Shown one piece after another: positions 43,141 to 62,000 of a stretch of 64,000 nt of DNA. The notes beneath the pieces were generated by a model. That model searched no databases, was not told the origin of the DNA, and was given only the letters and a program-made list of their open reading frames with translations. This stretch comes from the human T2T-CHM13v2.0 reference genome, Homo sapiens: assembly GCF_009914755.1 (NCBI RefSeq), contig NC_060935.1; one strand, written 5' to 3'. Numbering within the stretch: the first letter of the stretch is position 1; each line of letters opens with the position of its first letter. Position numbers and translations under genes: made by a program.

Positions 43141-43731
43141 GGATGGTATCCACGAATTAGGCAGGTAGGGGGTTCAATTTTTAGCCTGTGTTGTAGGAAA
43201 GAGAACAAGGACTTTCTCTCTGGGGAATTATTCTTCTTGGCCTTTAGCAAGCCATCTCCTTTTCCAGCCCTCCCTCCTACCTATCTGGCATTGAAGAACT
43301 TGTTTCCATGCTCAAGGACACAGTGTGAAACCTTCCTGTTGGGAGCTCTGTGGCTTTTCTGGGAGTTTAAGGCAAGGATTCTCTCAAGGTAGAGAAAGCT
43401 CTGAGTCCCATTTAGCCCTATTGTTGGGGATCACTTGGAAGGAATTGGTGGGGAGAAAAGCCTGTCCTTTATCGTTGCCTTCTGGGGGTCTAATACCATG
43501 ACAACCTGGCCTGAGCCATGAATCCTGGGCTCTCAAATTAGTGCATTCTCAACTCACTGCATCCTGATCTTGACTAAGTGCATCCTGTTCCTCTCTTTGG
43601 AGTTTCCTGGCTAAGGATACCTCTATGTTGATGGGCAGGGCCAGGCCCGTCTTGAACCAGGGGCTGAAACTTGCTCAGCTCTGTAGATGCTCCTGCCTGT
43701 GACTCTTGTCCTGATCCCTGCAATAAGAATA

Positions 43732-44066
43732 CAGTCATGACGTTTCAGTCAATGAGGGACTGTGTATATGATGGTGGTCTCATAAGATTATAATACTGCA
43801 TTTTTATTGTACTGCTTCTATGTTTAGATATACTTAGATACACAAATACTTACCATTGTGTTACAATTGCCTACAGTATCCCATAAAGCAACATGCTGTC
43901 CAGGTTTGTAGCCTAGCAGCAATGGGCTATACCATATAACTTAGGTGTGTAGTAGGTTATACCATCTAGGTTTGTGTAAGTACACTTTATGATGTGTGTA
44001 AATGACAAAATCACATAACTACACATTTCTTAAAACAAATCCTCGTTATTAAGTGACACTTGACTG
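43732..44066 (+). mobile_element. Tigger3a-like MITE with TA TSD
   Basis: TA|CAGTCA...TGACTG|TA termini; CATAAGATTATAATACTG body. Confidence 0.88.
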
Positions 44067-45409
44067 TACTTATCTCTAAGTCGTTCCTACTTTGCCAGGA
44101 TTATGGAGGCTATGATTGTAGGGGAGTCAAACCCAGCTTCACTGGGACTTTCCACGCAGGACTTTTCCTCCCCTCTCGTCTAGCCTCACCCCATTGTGGT
44201 GCAACCCTGTCCTAATGGGTCACCAGACTGGTGAAACCTGAAGAGTTGGAAGCCAAAGGAAGCACTTGATGATAAGAAGGGGGGGTCGGTGAGCAAGTGG
44301 GGGCTTTGGAAGGGGACCTGGGAAGGGTGGAGAGGGAAGGGAGAGGCACTGGGGCCATTTATTTTCAAAGAGAGATGGATTTTAGATGTCAACTTCATTG
44401 TTTTTATCATAGTGAAATCTTTATGAAGTTGAGGTGAACGAAGCCCTGTATGCATTGTTATGCTATTTGGTTTTGATAAAAAATTGCATTGTACAAGATG
44501 TTCCCTGGCTACATAAAACCTCACTGCACAGCTAATGGTGGCAGCGAGCCACACCACAAGTTGTGCAATGCCATGGCAGGGAAAACAGAGCTGCTTCCCA
44601 GGGATTAAGGCTGGTATTTCAATTTGAACTTTAAGAAAGAGCTTGAAGGACCAAGAAAGAAAAAAAGAGAGAGGAGAAAAGGGAGAATGCAAAGAAGGAA
44701 TAAAGAAATATAGAAGAAAGGAATCTAGGAAAGAATGAAAAAGGTAGACAAAATAAGGAGAATGATACCATTTAATGGGGGAAAATTCTCTTTGCAAAAT
44801 AGGCAAAAGGAATAGGTTCTGAAAGAGAAGAAATTTTTTTGTTTCTTTTGCTACATTCTTTTCTATCTATCTTTGTTCCAAAACTTCACTATATCTGTAA
44901 GCGAACTCTTTTCTCTTCATGTTTCCACTTAATACTAGGAGCCAAAGTGTCTGTGGTGCTTTTCCCAACTTTGTAGGTAGCCAAGATAGTCTAGCTATGC
45001 TCTTGTATTAGCTCCAAGCCATAGACTTTTCCCTCACATAAATCTAAACTGGAACTCTGGGTCTTTGTTTATCAGCAGCCTCCATAAGACATTAGGAGAA
45101 GGGAAGACCACTTTCTTCTCCTCACTTTCCTTTCTTTTTGGCTCCTTGGAAGCAAAGACTCTTTGAGAAGAGACCTTGGAGGCAAGGTGGTATAAGTGGA
45201 AGGAGTATGAATTTGTAATCAGAGGGGTAAATATCTAAATTCCACACTGGGTTGTGAAAAAGTTAAAAAGCATCTGGCACATTTTAGACATTTGATAACT
45301 CTTGATTCCCTTGTTGACAACTCATCTCTCCTTACTGAATATTGTGGGTCCTCATCTTATAAACAACAAATTTATTTCTTAATCTTGTGCCTGAGCAATG
45401 AATGTGCAG

Positions 45410-45640
45410 ACAGTGAAAAATCTGGTCCTGTTATGAAGAAAAATTCAATCAAGGCATCAGAATTTAAACAAATGCCTTCCATTTAGTGCTGCCTCTAAGG
45501 ACTATGACCTGATACAGAAAGAAATCAATCCAAGTGTTGTAGAGTCCCAGGAAAACCCTAGAGAAGTGTTTCCAGACCCATCGCAGGCAACAGAGCTGTG
45601 GCCGGCCGGTGTGAATAGTGGGCAATGGAGTTAGGACTTG
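45410..45640 (+). other. Candidate exon E (TVKNLVLL*RKIQ...KDYDLIQKEINPSVVESQENP...WS*DL)
   Basis: Strong donor TTG|GTGAGT; 231 nt, phase 0-0; acceptor weak and uncertain. Confidence 0.4.
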
Positions 45641-46079
45641 GTGAGTTGTTCTTCTGTTGCCACCAACAATTGTGCAGCATCTGATGTCCTTTTGTCCTGA
45701 GCAGGTCAGCATTTGCTCAAAGAGAACTGTTCTAGGACTCCCAGCTTCTTCTCTCATGGAGTTCACCACTCTGTACCCTACATTCCCACCACCCCAACCA
45801 AAGTGCACTTGCCAGATTATACAAGGCTATTGCACACACTCAGGCCTTTGTGCATCCTGCTGTCTCTGCATGCTGTTTCCTTCTTCAGCACCTTGATTTG
45901 ATGAACATCTACTCATCTGCCATGACCTGAGTGTAGCCTCAGCTCTTCCGTGTAGGCTTTCCTGACTGCTCTCTGGAAGAACCCACTATGCCCTTCTTTG
46001 GCCCCTAATGTATCCTCAACAGACTTCTATCATATCCCCTGTGCCTCCTTCCATTCACCTGGCAATTTTTGGAACTTAA

Positions 46080-46484
<405 letters not shown>

Positions 46485-47523
46485 TGAATGAAGTGAAAAA
46501 CAGGGGTAAAGAAACTTTTAGATAATCAACTTAAGTATCTAAAAGAGCAAGAGGTCAGTTTTAGCATTCTGAGCTATTTTACCTTTGTCATAGTTAAAAA
46601 CGTATTTAAACTCTCTGTTAATGAATAACCAGCATTTTCACCTAGCAATAGTACTTGGCATATGACACTATGAATATGCAAGTTCAAGACCAGATGTGCT
46701 TTTTCGATAAATGGAACAAAAATATAAATTTTTAAAATTATGTGGGAGTCCATTATACTCATAGGGAAGAGGGAGGGTGGCAGCAAGGAAGAACGGAGTA
46801 AAAGATGAGAGGAAAGAAAGGTACAATTTGGGGGCCAGAAACTTTGTTAGGAGCTTTCGCATACATCATCCATTTGCTCTTCACAGAGAGCCTGTGGAGG
46901 TGGGTATTATTATTATTCCATCTTACATACAAGAAAATTCTGGCCCAGAGAATTTTTATTACTGGTACACATTAAGATTAGAACCAAAGCATGTTTGCCT
47001 CCTGATTCCAGAGGTTGCAGAATTCTAGAAGTTGGCTTGTTAAGCAGTTCTAGATCACCTAGGCTTACTCCTGGAATTTGCAGATGAGAAAACTAAAGCA
47101 CAGAGACATAGGAGTCTTGCTCCACATCATCCAGCAGTTGGTGGCAGAGCTTGGGATTCAACCTCAGGCCCCAGAAGTTCAACCTTATGAGGAGAAGATT
47201 GCAGGACAATGGTTCATGCACAGGTCAACACCTCCAAGGCCATCTCACTGCTATGTCTGGATCATGCCCAGAGTGGCTGGAGTGGCTAATGCCAGAGTTT
47301 TGGGACCAAAAAAATTGCAGAGATTTCAAAAATTGTAGAAATCATGCAACTTTGGGGGACTGATTCTGGGGAAAGAGTGAGAGAAAGAGTAGCCTGCATT
47401 CTTGACTGGTCCCGGTATTTCTTTTGATATTTTTAAGTAAGTAATTACACGCAGCCAGAGAACAGTATAGATTAAATACCATTTTAATTCATTATCCATC
47501 TCTATTTTTCACATTGGTGATAG

Positions 47524-47715
47524 TTGGTGAATTTTTAACGGTACATTAGAAGATTGTGCATTTATTCTGATGAACTTGACTTCCTTCACCATCTCTTATT
47601 GAGTAATAAATATTATGTTAAGAATTCATGAAAAACATTTCAGTTTTTTTCATCCTGCCTTCTGAAGATTTCTTGTTGGATTTCAGAGACATGCAAACTT
47701 GAATGAACTCACTTG
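47524..47715 (+). other. Candidate exon F (LVNF*RYIRRLCIYSDELDFLHHLLLSNKYYV/EFMKNISVFFILPSEDFLLDFRDMQT*MNSL)
   Basis: TAG acceptor after T-rich tract, TTG|GTAACA donor; one frameshift near 47620 restores phase 0-1. Confidence 0.4.
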
Positions 47716-47829
47716 GTAACAGGAGCGAATGCACAGTGAGAGCTCACTCTCTCCTAGGTGCTGTTCCAAGTGCTTTACAGACATTATTTAATTTAGTGGT
47801 GGCAAGAACCCATGAACTACTTGTATTTC

Positions 47830-48170
47830 TTAAGTCAGTTTTATCAAGACATAATTTAAATGCAGTAAAATTCACTCTTTAGACGTACAAGATGATGAGT
47901 TTTTACAAATGTATATAGAGTCATATAGCCACACCACAACCAAAATATCAAATATTTCCATCACTCCACAACGTGCCCTTATGCACCTTTATATAGTCAA
48001 TCCTGTCACTGCCCCCCACCCCACCCCCTCGCCATGAACCTCCAAATAACTACTGATCTGTTTTATGGCTGTTTCTAGAATGTCATAAATGGAATTGTAT
48101 AGTATGTAGCCTTTTGTTCTGGCTTCTTCCACTCAGCCTAATGCTTTTGAGATTCATCCATGTTGTGAAT
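47830..48170 (-). mobile_element. L1M 3' end inside a MIR
   Basis: AAAATTCACTCTTT...TTTTGAGATTCATCCATGTTG. Confidence 0.7.
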
Positions 48171-48524
48171 TACTTACTTTCACAATCCCACTTTATATAT
48201 GAGGAAACTAAATCCCAGGCTAGTTAAGTGACTCCTTCAAGCTGAAAAGTAATGGAGTCAGAACGCAAACCCAGCCAGACTGATTCTAGTGTCTGCACTT
48301 TTGTTCAACTCCCTACATCTCTGTACGTGCAGCAGGGCTCCTGGCCCAAGCCTAGCCCTTGTCATAACATGCTGAATGGACTGGTCTTGGCTAAATGCTT
48401 CATTTGGATGTTTCCCACACTGTGCAATCATAATACTAATTTTACATGTGGATGTGAAATCCTTACATGTTGTGTAAACAATATGAGCTGCTGCTTATTT
48501 ATTTATTTTTTTTTCCATTTTCAG

Positions 48525-48672
48525 GATTGATCCAGAATATGTTCCAGCAAAAACTACAGCAGAGTAACTTTGACAAGAAAAATGTTCACTTGCTACCTAA
48601 GGAGAGTCTCTGTCTCCTGACCTCTGAATTTCGAAATCCTCAGCTGGCTGCCACGCAGTGGGAACCGAATGA
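48525..48672 (+). other. Candidate exon D (GLIQNMFQQKLQQ...QWEPN, 48 codons open)
   Basis: Very strong acceptor TTTTTTTTTCCATTTTCAG, donor GTATGT, several retained CpGs. Confidence 0.5.
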
Positions 48673-49418
48673 GTATGTACTGAATGGCGAATCCTAGTTC
48701 AGTCACTTGACTAGCTGGGTGACCTTGAGCAAGTAACTTAGCTTCTTGAAGCCTCAGTCTCCTTATCTATAAAATGGGACTCAAAGGCTGAGTCGAGTAT
48801 TAAATGAAATAATACACGTAAAGCACAGTGCCAAAAATCTGGTAATAATTCCATCAGTATAAGGCCACCTTATTTGCCTTCTTTCACAATTATCACCAGA
48901 ATTGAATTAAAATTCAGATGTGATCATGTCTTGAAATGTAGAAAGAGTTATGAAAATGTAAGACTTACTAAGTTCACTTATCGAACATTTTTTGACCACC
49001 TACTATGTGCTATGCCTTGGACTAGGCTAGAGATACAACAGTAAACATCCTGACTAACGGAGATTATGCTGCTATCTTGAAATTTTGCCTGTTCCCAAAA
49101 GCCCCCAGCATATTAATTTTGTTAAATATATATTCCCTTATTATATATATAAAACATATACATCCTCATTTTATATATATATATATATACATATAAATAT
49201 GTGTCAACTACTGTGTTGAGAGCTCATTATGTATATGTTTCTTTATTTAACCCTCAAAATAATTCTGTGAGGCTCCAGAATTCCTTTTTCCAAGTGAGAA
49301 AATGAGGCTCAGAGCATTGAGTGAACTTGCAGGTAAATGATTGAGATGGAATTTGGAACCAAAGCCTAAGCTTTAAACTGCTTTATTCAGTGGCCTTTGG
49401 TTATCTCATATTCACTAG

Positions 49419-49583
49419 AAATTGGAAAGATCTGTCAGGAGGCCTGCCATGATGCAGAAGTCCTGGATGCCCTGCAAATGTCTATGTGAATGGTACCCCC
49501 AGACTGGTGCAGAGCACCTCACGGAGCCCTGGCTGCCAAGATGAAGGCAAGGGCTGTCTGTGGCAAACTCATCATCAAAAAGG
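49419..49583 (+). other. Candidate exon G (IGKICQEACHDAEVLDALQMSM*...KLIIKK)
   Basis: TCACTAG acceptor; one stop; donor would have to be mutated. Confidence 0.25.
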
Positions 49584-50040
49584 ATGTGCTTGACACATAC
49601 TTGGTCCTCAACAAATAGTTGTCAAATTTTTTAAAATGAGGTTGGCTTTTGGCTGATTCAAGCACTCACCTAAGAGTTTATAGTCTGAAACAAAGACATC
49701 TACACTAGAGAGAAGGAAAAACACACAATCACTAATGAGAGGCAAGATCCTTCATACCGCTGAGCTCACCAGCCTATCATTTCTGCCTGTGCAAAGAGCT
49801 CGTGATGCTGCGTTTGAGATGAAGGGGAAAGTACAAAAATCATGAGACTTCCTCCTAGTCAAGAGAGGCTTTGTGGAGGAGGTATGCTTCCCAGAAGGCT
49901 GTGGGAGTGGAAACTGTGAGGTGCCAATGAAGCTAGAAAACTCTTTCAATGCAGAAAGTGCAGCGGAAGCTCGCGGTTACATAAACACAGTGGGAAGTAA
50001 TATGGCAATTATAATCTGGCATTTAAAAAAGAAGAATCAT

Positions 50041-50167
50041 GCCCTGGTACAGTGGCATGCGCCTGTAGTCCCAGCTACCTGGGAGGCCAAGGCAGGAAGA
50101 TTGCTTGAGCCCAGGAGTTCAAGGCCAGCTTGGGCAACATAGTGAGACCCTATCTCTAAAAAATAAA
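50041..50167 (+). mobile_element. FLAM (free left Alu monomer)
   Basis: Monomeric Alu with GCCTGTAGTCCCAGCTAC and CAACATAGTGAGACCC. Confidence 0.85.
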
Positions 50168-50911
50168 GATTTCTTTATAAAGAGGAGGCCTCTCCTTTTT
50201 AAGAGGAAGAACAAAGGAGAGTCACTCTGCTATTCCTCAGATGACCTCTTCATTCCACTCTGCACCAGTAAACCTCCCTTTTATGTTTATTCATTTATTA
50301 CTTAAGTCAGGGTCTTCTGAACACTCTTAGTTAAAGGTATACTCTGTGTCTTAGTAAACTTTCTAGTGTCTTAAGCCAAAAAAAATTCTCACAGTTATAT
50401 TAAGTAGTTAGTTTCATATAACTTCATAACATTTATGTGCTAACAAATTAGTAGATACTAAAAATAACACATATACATGGAAAAATATTTAATTATTAAA
50501 TAGCTACAATTGCAAATCAGGTATGTGTGCCTTTTGTGTACAAGCAACTTCTCAAATCTTGGAATCAGATTGGGTGCCCTATTCCACAATGACTCTTACA
50601 AAACTGAGAGTATCATACTACTTGAGCTACTCCAAATACAGGGGAACAACAAGGATGGAAAAAATTGTCTTGACTTAACATCAGGAGGCAGGTGGTTGCA
50701 GGCATAAGTTGAGCACCTCCATCATGCCAAGATGATTCTCTTGATCTTTTCCTCTTGTTTACAAGATGACTGTCATACTCCCAAATACCAAGTGCATACA
50801 TAAGGCAGGAAGGAGTGGGGGAAAGGTAGTGCCAGACTTATGTGATCTCTTTTAATGAGAAAGAAAACAGCTGTTCAGAGACTGCCTTCCATCCAAGCAG
50901 ATGTCCAGTTA

Positions 50912-51237
50912 TAGTCATGCACTGCATAACAATGTTTCAGTCAGCAATGAACCACGTATACAACAATGTTCCATAAGATTATAATACTGTATTTGTACTG
51001 TACTTTTTCTATGCTTAGAAACACAAATATTATACTTACCATGGTGTTAGAATTGCCTACAGTACTCAGTACAGCAACATGTTTTCCAAGTTTGTAGCCT
51101 AGGAACAATAGGATGTACCATATAGCCTGGGTGTGTAGTGGGCTATGCCATCTATGTCTGTGTAAGCTCACTTTATGATGTTTGCACAATGATGCATTTC
51201 TCAGAATGTATCCCTGTTGTTAAGCAATGCATGAATG
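50912..51237 (+). mobile_element. Tigger3a-like MITE nested in an old MLT1 LTR (~50510-51350)
   Basis: AGTCATGCACTGCATAAC...GCATGAATG|TA; same body as 43732-44066. Confidence 0.85.
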
Positions 51238-52491
51238 TATATCTCATGGGCCAGGAACTGTGTCATATGTGAATTCTTGGCTGCAAGGAAGGCTGAGCTA
51301 GTGAACATTTAGCTGGGCAAAAAGTCCTCCAAGTCAGAGTTCAGTTGCAAGGAAGGAGAAGGTGGATACTGGGTAAATAAATAGTGTATGCTATAGAGTC
51401 ACGTTTACTTGCACAAAGATGAATCAGACACTATTAATTCCTTCTCTCAATAACCTCAAGTCTAGCCTGAAGACAAATAAGAACTTCTTGGAAAAGTAAT
51501 TACTATGTGATAGAATAAACTGGCATATATTGCTGTGGGAAGGTACTTAATTTGCTTGGGGGTGGGGGCGAACATAGAGAGAGAGAGTTCTAGGAAGGAA
51601 CGGACCACATTGCATTCTGGCAGAGGAACAGCTAGCACAGAGGTTCAGAGATGTGAAGATGTGCTATTCAAACAGTTGAATAGCACGTGAACCAGTGTCT
51701 AGAGCACAGGATGGGTAGTAGGAGAATGGGGATGGCAGGAAATGATACCAAATAGGTCATGGAGTCAGCTAGGGCTCTATGTGCCCACCAGATCTTTGGG
51801 GAATAGCATAGGAAGGGCAGTGGACATCGACTACGTTTTTTTCCCTTTGGCCCTCCATCTTTCTTTGGGGAAATTCTCTTTCACACTCTACAAGACTGAA
51901 TCACATGGCCCAACTTTCCATTTTCTTTGTGCGGACCCCTGACTCACGCAGAACTAATCAGAGTCCTTTACAGAAATTGATATGGTTACTGAAAAAGAGA
52001 CCCTGCCCTAAGGAAGACATCCCTGGAGCTGCCAGTGGCTGTATTTTCCTCCTTCAGAGAGAGCTTGCCTGAAAAAAGGAGGAAAAGAAAGGTGGGTTGG
52101 GGAGGAGAGAGTAGGGAAGAGAACTAGTGAAATAATTCTAACATCCTGGATCCATCTTACCTAAAATCATCTCTACTCCTTAAGCCAGTAACATTTCTGT
52201 ATTTAGTTACACTAGTTTAAGTTGGCTCCCTATCAGTCACATTCGGAAGATTCTTGGCAGAGGGGTTAGAATCTGGAAGCAGGATGATCAATCAGTAGCT
52301 CTCACAGCATTCCCTTCTTCTACCTGGCTATGGGCTAGGCCTGCCCTGGCTTCTGGGGAGAGGAGAGAGATGAGTTTTCCACCGTACCCACCTCAATCTT
52401 CATGCACAGTCTCTGAGAGAGGTGCTGATTCTCATCCAGCTGGCTGGATGGCACCCACTTCCTGTCCTGTAATTATCGGCTGCCTTCCCAG

Positions 52492-52595
52492 GCTGTTATC
52501 TGACTCCACTATCAGCCAGCGACATCCAGGAACACATTGGACTTCTAGGAAAAAAGATGTTTTACAAGAGCAAACGCATGTGGCCAGAGCTGATG
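52492..52595 (+). other. Candidate exon H (CYLTPLSASDIQEHIGLLGKKMFYKSKRMWPELM)
   Basis: CCTTCCCAG acceptor, ATG|GTAACC donor, open frame. Confidence 0.3.
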
Positions 52596-53169
52596 GTAAC
52601 CCTAGCTGCACAATGAAGCCCTGGACGTCATTCATGGCCTCTGGTATTCAGGAGTCTGGCATGAGCTCCAGAAGTCAAGATAACCAGCATTTGTGAGGTG
52701 GTAACTCAAATCCTTCGAGACCGTAGGGCTGACAGAGTCTTTGCTTTGGAAGAGAATCATCTCCAGGTGTTAGTGTTTCTTACATCTCAGTCCAACTGTG
52801 TGAGCCTGGGCAAATTGCTTCACCTCTCTAAGATTCCAACTCTCAATTTTAAATAGGCAAGATCACCATGATTGCTACCATGTATTGAGTGCTTACAATG
52901 TACCAGGCATGCTAAGTGCTGTACATGTAGTCACCTTCCTATCAGGCGATATATCTGCAGGGAGTGTGCCCAGTACAGTGGCTGGCATATTATGAAACTT
53001 TAATCTGGGTTTGTTATTGTTATTACCCGTGTTACCATGAAGAACATAAACTTCAATCCGGTCCTTTAATGGGTGAGAAAACTGGTACTGAGAAGCAGTG
53101 AATAACTTGCCTAAAATCATGCAGCATAATCAGTGACACAGCAAGATCCAGAACCCAAGCCTCATCCAA

Positions 53170-59048
<5,879 letters not shown>

Positions 59049-62000
59049 TCATTTTTCTAAATATAGATATTCAGTTTTCCCAGCAGCATTAATTGAAGAG
59101 ATTGTTGCTTCTCCAATGAATGTTCTTGGAACTTTTGTCAAAAATTAGTTAGCTATAAATATATTGATTTATTTCTGTTCTCTATTCTATTTCATTGGTC
59201 TATGTGTACTTTTTATGCTAGTATCATGCTGTTTTGATTACTATAGCTTTGTAGTTTATTTTGAAGTCTGATAGTGTAATGTCTTCAGCTTTGTTCTTTT
59301 TACCTAGGATTGCTTTGACTGGGGTCTTTTGTGGTTCCATGTGAATTTTAGAATTTTTAAAAATTTCTGTGAAGAATTTCATTGGTATTTTGATAGAAAT
59401 TACATTGAGTATGTAGACATTGCTTTTGTTAGTCTGGTCATTTTCACAATACTACTTCTATCTATGAACATAGAATGTTTCCCGTTTTATTGTATCCTCT
59501 TTCATTTCTTTCATAGTGTTTTATAGTTTTCCTTGTATAGATCTTTCACCAACTTAGTTAAATTTATTTCCAGGTATTTTATTTTTCTGTTGCTATTGTA
59601 AATGGGATTGCTTTATTGATTGCTTTTTTCTCTACTTTGTTGTTGGTGTATAGAAACACTACTGATTTTTATATGTTGATTCTGTATTCTGTAACTTTAC
59701 TGATCATTTATTAGTTCTAAGAGTTTTTCATGGAACTTTTAGGGTTTTCTGTATTTAAGATCATGTCATCTGTAAACAGGGACAATTTGACTTCATCTTT
59801 TCCAATTCGGATGCCCTTTATTTCTTTCTTTTGCCTAATTGCTCTAGCTAGGACTTTCAGTACTATGCTGAATAAAAGTAATGAGAGTTGGCATCCTTGT
59901 CTTGGTTCCAGATCTCAGAGGGAAAGCTTTCAACTTTTCTCTATTAAGTATGATGTTGTCTGTGGGCTTGTCATATATGGCCTTTCTTGTGCTGAGTTAT
60001 GTTTGTTCTATACTTAACTTGTTGAGAGTTTTTATCATAAAGGGATGTTGAATATTGTCAAATGCTTTTTCTGCATCTGTTGAGATTATCATGTTTTTTG
60101 TCCTTCATTCTGTTGATGTGACGTATCATGTTTGTTGATTTGTGTATGTTGGACCATGCTTGCATCTGTGATATAAATCTCATTTGATCATGGTAAATGA
60201 TCTTTTTAATATGCAGGTTAATTTGGTTTGCTAATATCTTGTTGAGGATTTTTGCATTTAAGTTCATCAGATATTTTGGTCTCTAGTTTTCTTTTTTTGT
60301 TGTGATCTTGTCTGCTTTTGATATTAGGCTAATGCTGCCCTCATAAAAGAGTTTCAGAGAATTTCCTCCTCTTCAATTTTCTGAAAGAGTTTGAGAAGAA
60401 TTGACATTAGTTCTTTAAATGTTTGTAGAATTCAAGAGTAAAGTCATGAAGCACTGGGCTTTTCTTTGATGGAATACTTTTTTGTTACAGATTTAATCTT
60501 ATTACTTGTAATTGTTCTATTCTGTTTTATATTTCTTTCTGGTCCAATCTTGGTAGGTTGTGAGTGTGCAGGAATGTTCCATTTCTGCTAAGTTTTCTAA
60601 TTTGTTGGTGTATAGTTATTCATTACAGTCTCCAGTGATCCTTTGTATTTCTATGATATCAGCTGTAATGTCTTTTTCATTTTTGATTTTATTTATTCGG
60701 ATATTTTCTCTTTTTTCTTCTGTTAAGCTAATGTTTGTTGGATTGTGTTTATCTTCTCAAAATACCAATGTTTTGTTTAGTTGATCTTTTGTAATTTTTT
60801 AGTCTCAATCTCATTTCTTTCTGATCTGATATTATTTCTTTCCTTTTGCTAAATTTGGATTTGGTTTGTTCTTACTTCTCTAGTCCTTGAGATGCATTAT
60901 TAGTTGGCTTATTTAAAATCTTTCTACTTTTTAAATGTAGGCATTTATTGTTATAAAATTTCTCTTAATACTGTTTTGCTGTATCCCATAGGTTTGGGTA
61001 TGTTGTGTTTCTATTTTCATTTATTTCAATAAATTTTAAAATTTCTTTTAAAATTTCTTTCTTGACCCATTGATTGTTCAGGAGCATGCTGTTGAATTTC
61101 CATGTGTTTATATAATTTCAAAAATTCCTCTTGTTAATGATTTCTAGCTTTATTCTATTGTGGTCAGACAAAAATATTTGATACAATTTCAATTTTAAAA
61201 AAATTGTTGGGACTTGTTTTGTGGTCTAACATGTGATCTCTCTTAGAGAATGCGCCATGTGCTGATGAAAAAAATGTGTATTCTATAGCGTTTGGATAAA
61301 ATGTCCTGTAAATCTCTGTTAGGTTCATTTGGTCTAAACTATAGTTTAAATTCTATGTTTCCTTATTCATTTTCTGTCTAAATAACCTGTCTAAAGCTGC
61401 AAGTGGGATATTGAAGTTTCCAACTAATATTGTCTTGGGCTCTCTCTCCTTAGATCTAATAATATTTGCCTTATGTATCTTGGTACATTGGTATAGGGTA
61501 AATATATACTTACTATTGCTATATCCTCTTGTTGAATTGATCATTTTATGATTATATAATGAGTGTCTTTGTTTTTACAATTTTTTACTTAAAGTCTGAT
61601 TTATCTGATATAAGTACAGCTACTTCTGCTCATTTTTGGTTTCTGTTTGCATGGAATATCCTTTTCTATCCTTCCACTTTCTGTCTATTTGTGTGTTCAC
61701 AGATGAAGTGAGTTTCTTGTAGGCAGTATATAGTTGGGTTATATATTTTATCCATTCAGGCATTCTATATATATTTTAGTGCATGCTTTAATCCTTTTAT
61801 TAATATTAATACATTCAAGATTATTATTGATAATTGAGGACTTATTCCTGTCATTTTGTTAGTGGTTTGCTGGTTATTTGTATTCCTTTGTTCTTTCCTG
61901 CTCTCATTGTTTACTGCTGTAATTTGGTCTTTTTCTGTTGTGATATGTTTTGCTTCTTTTCTCTTTCTCCTTTGTGTATTTGCTCTGTAGAGTTTTATAC

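Noticed and set aside
44186-44806. 206-aa minus-strand ORF
   Set aside because: Non-ATG start, F/S/L/P-biased because it reads the antisense of a purine-rich tract, no recognisable domain
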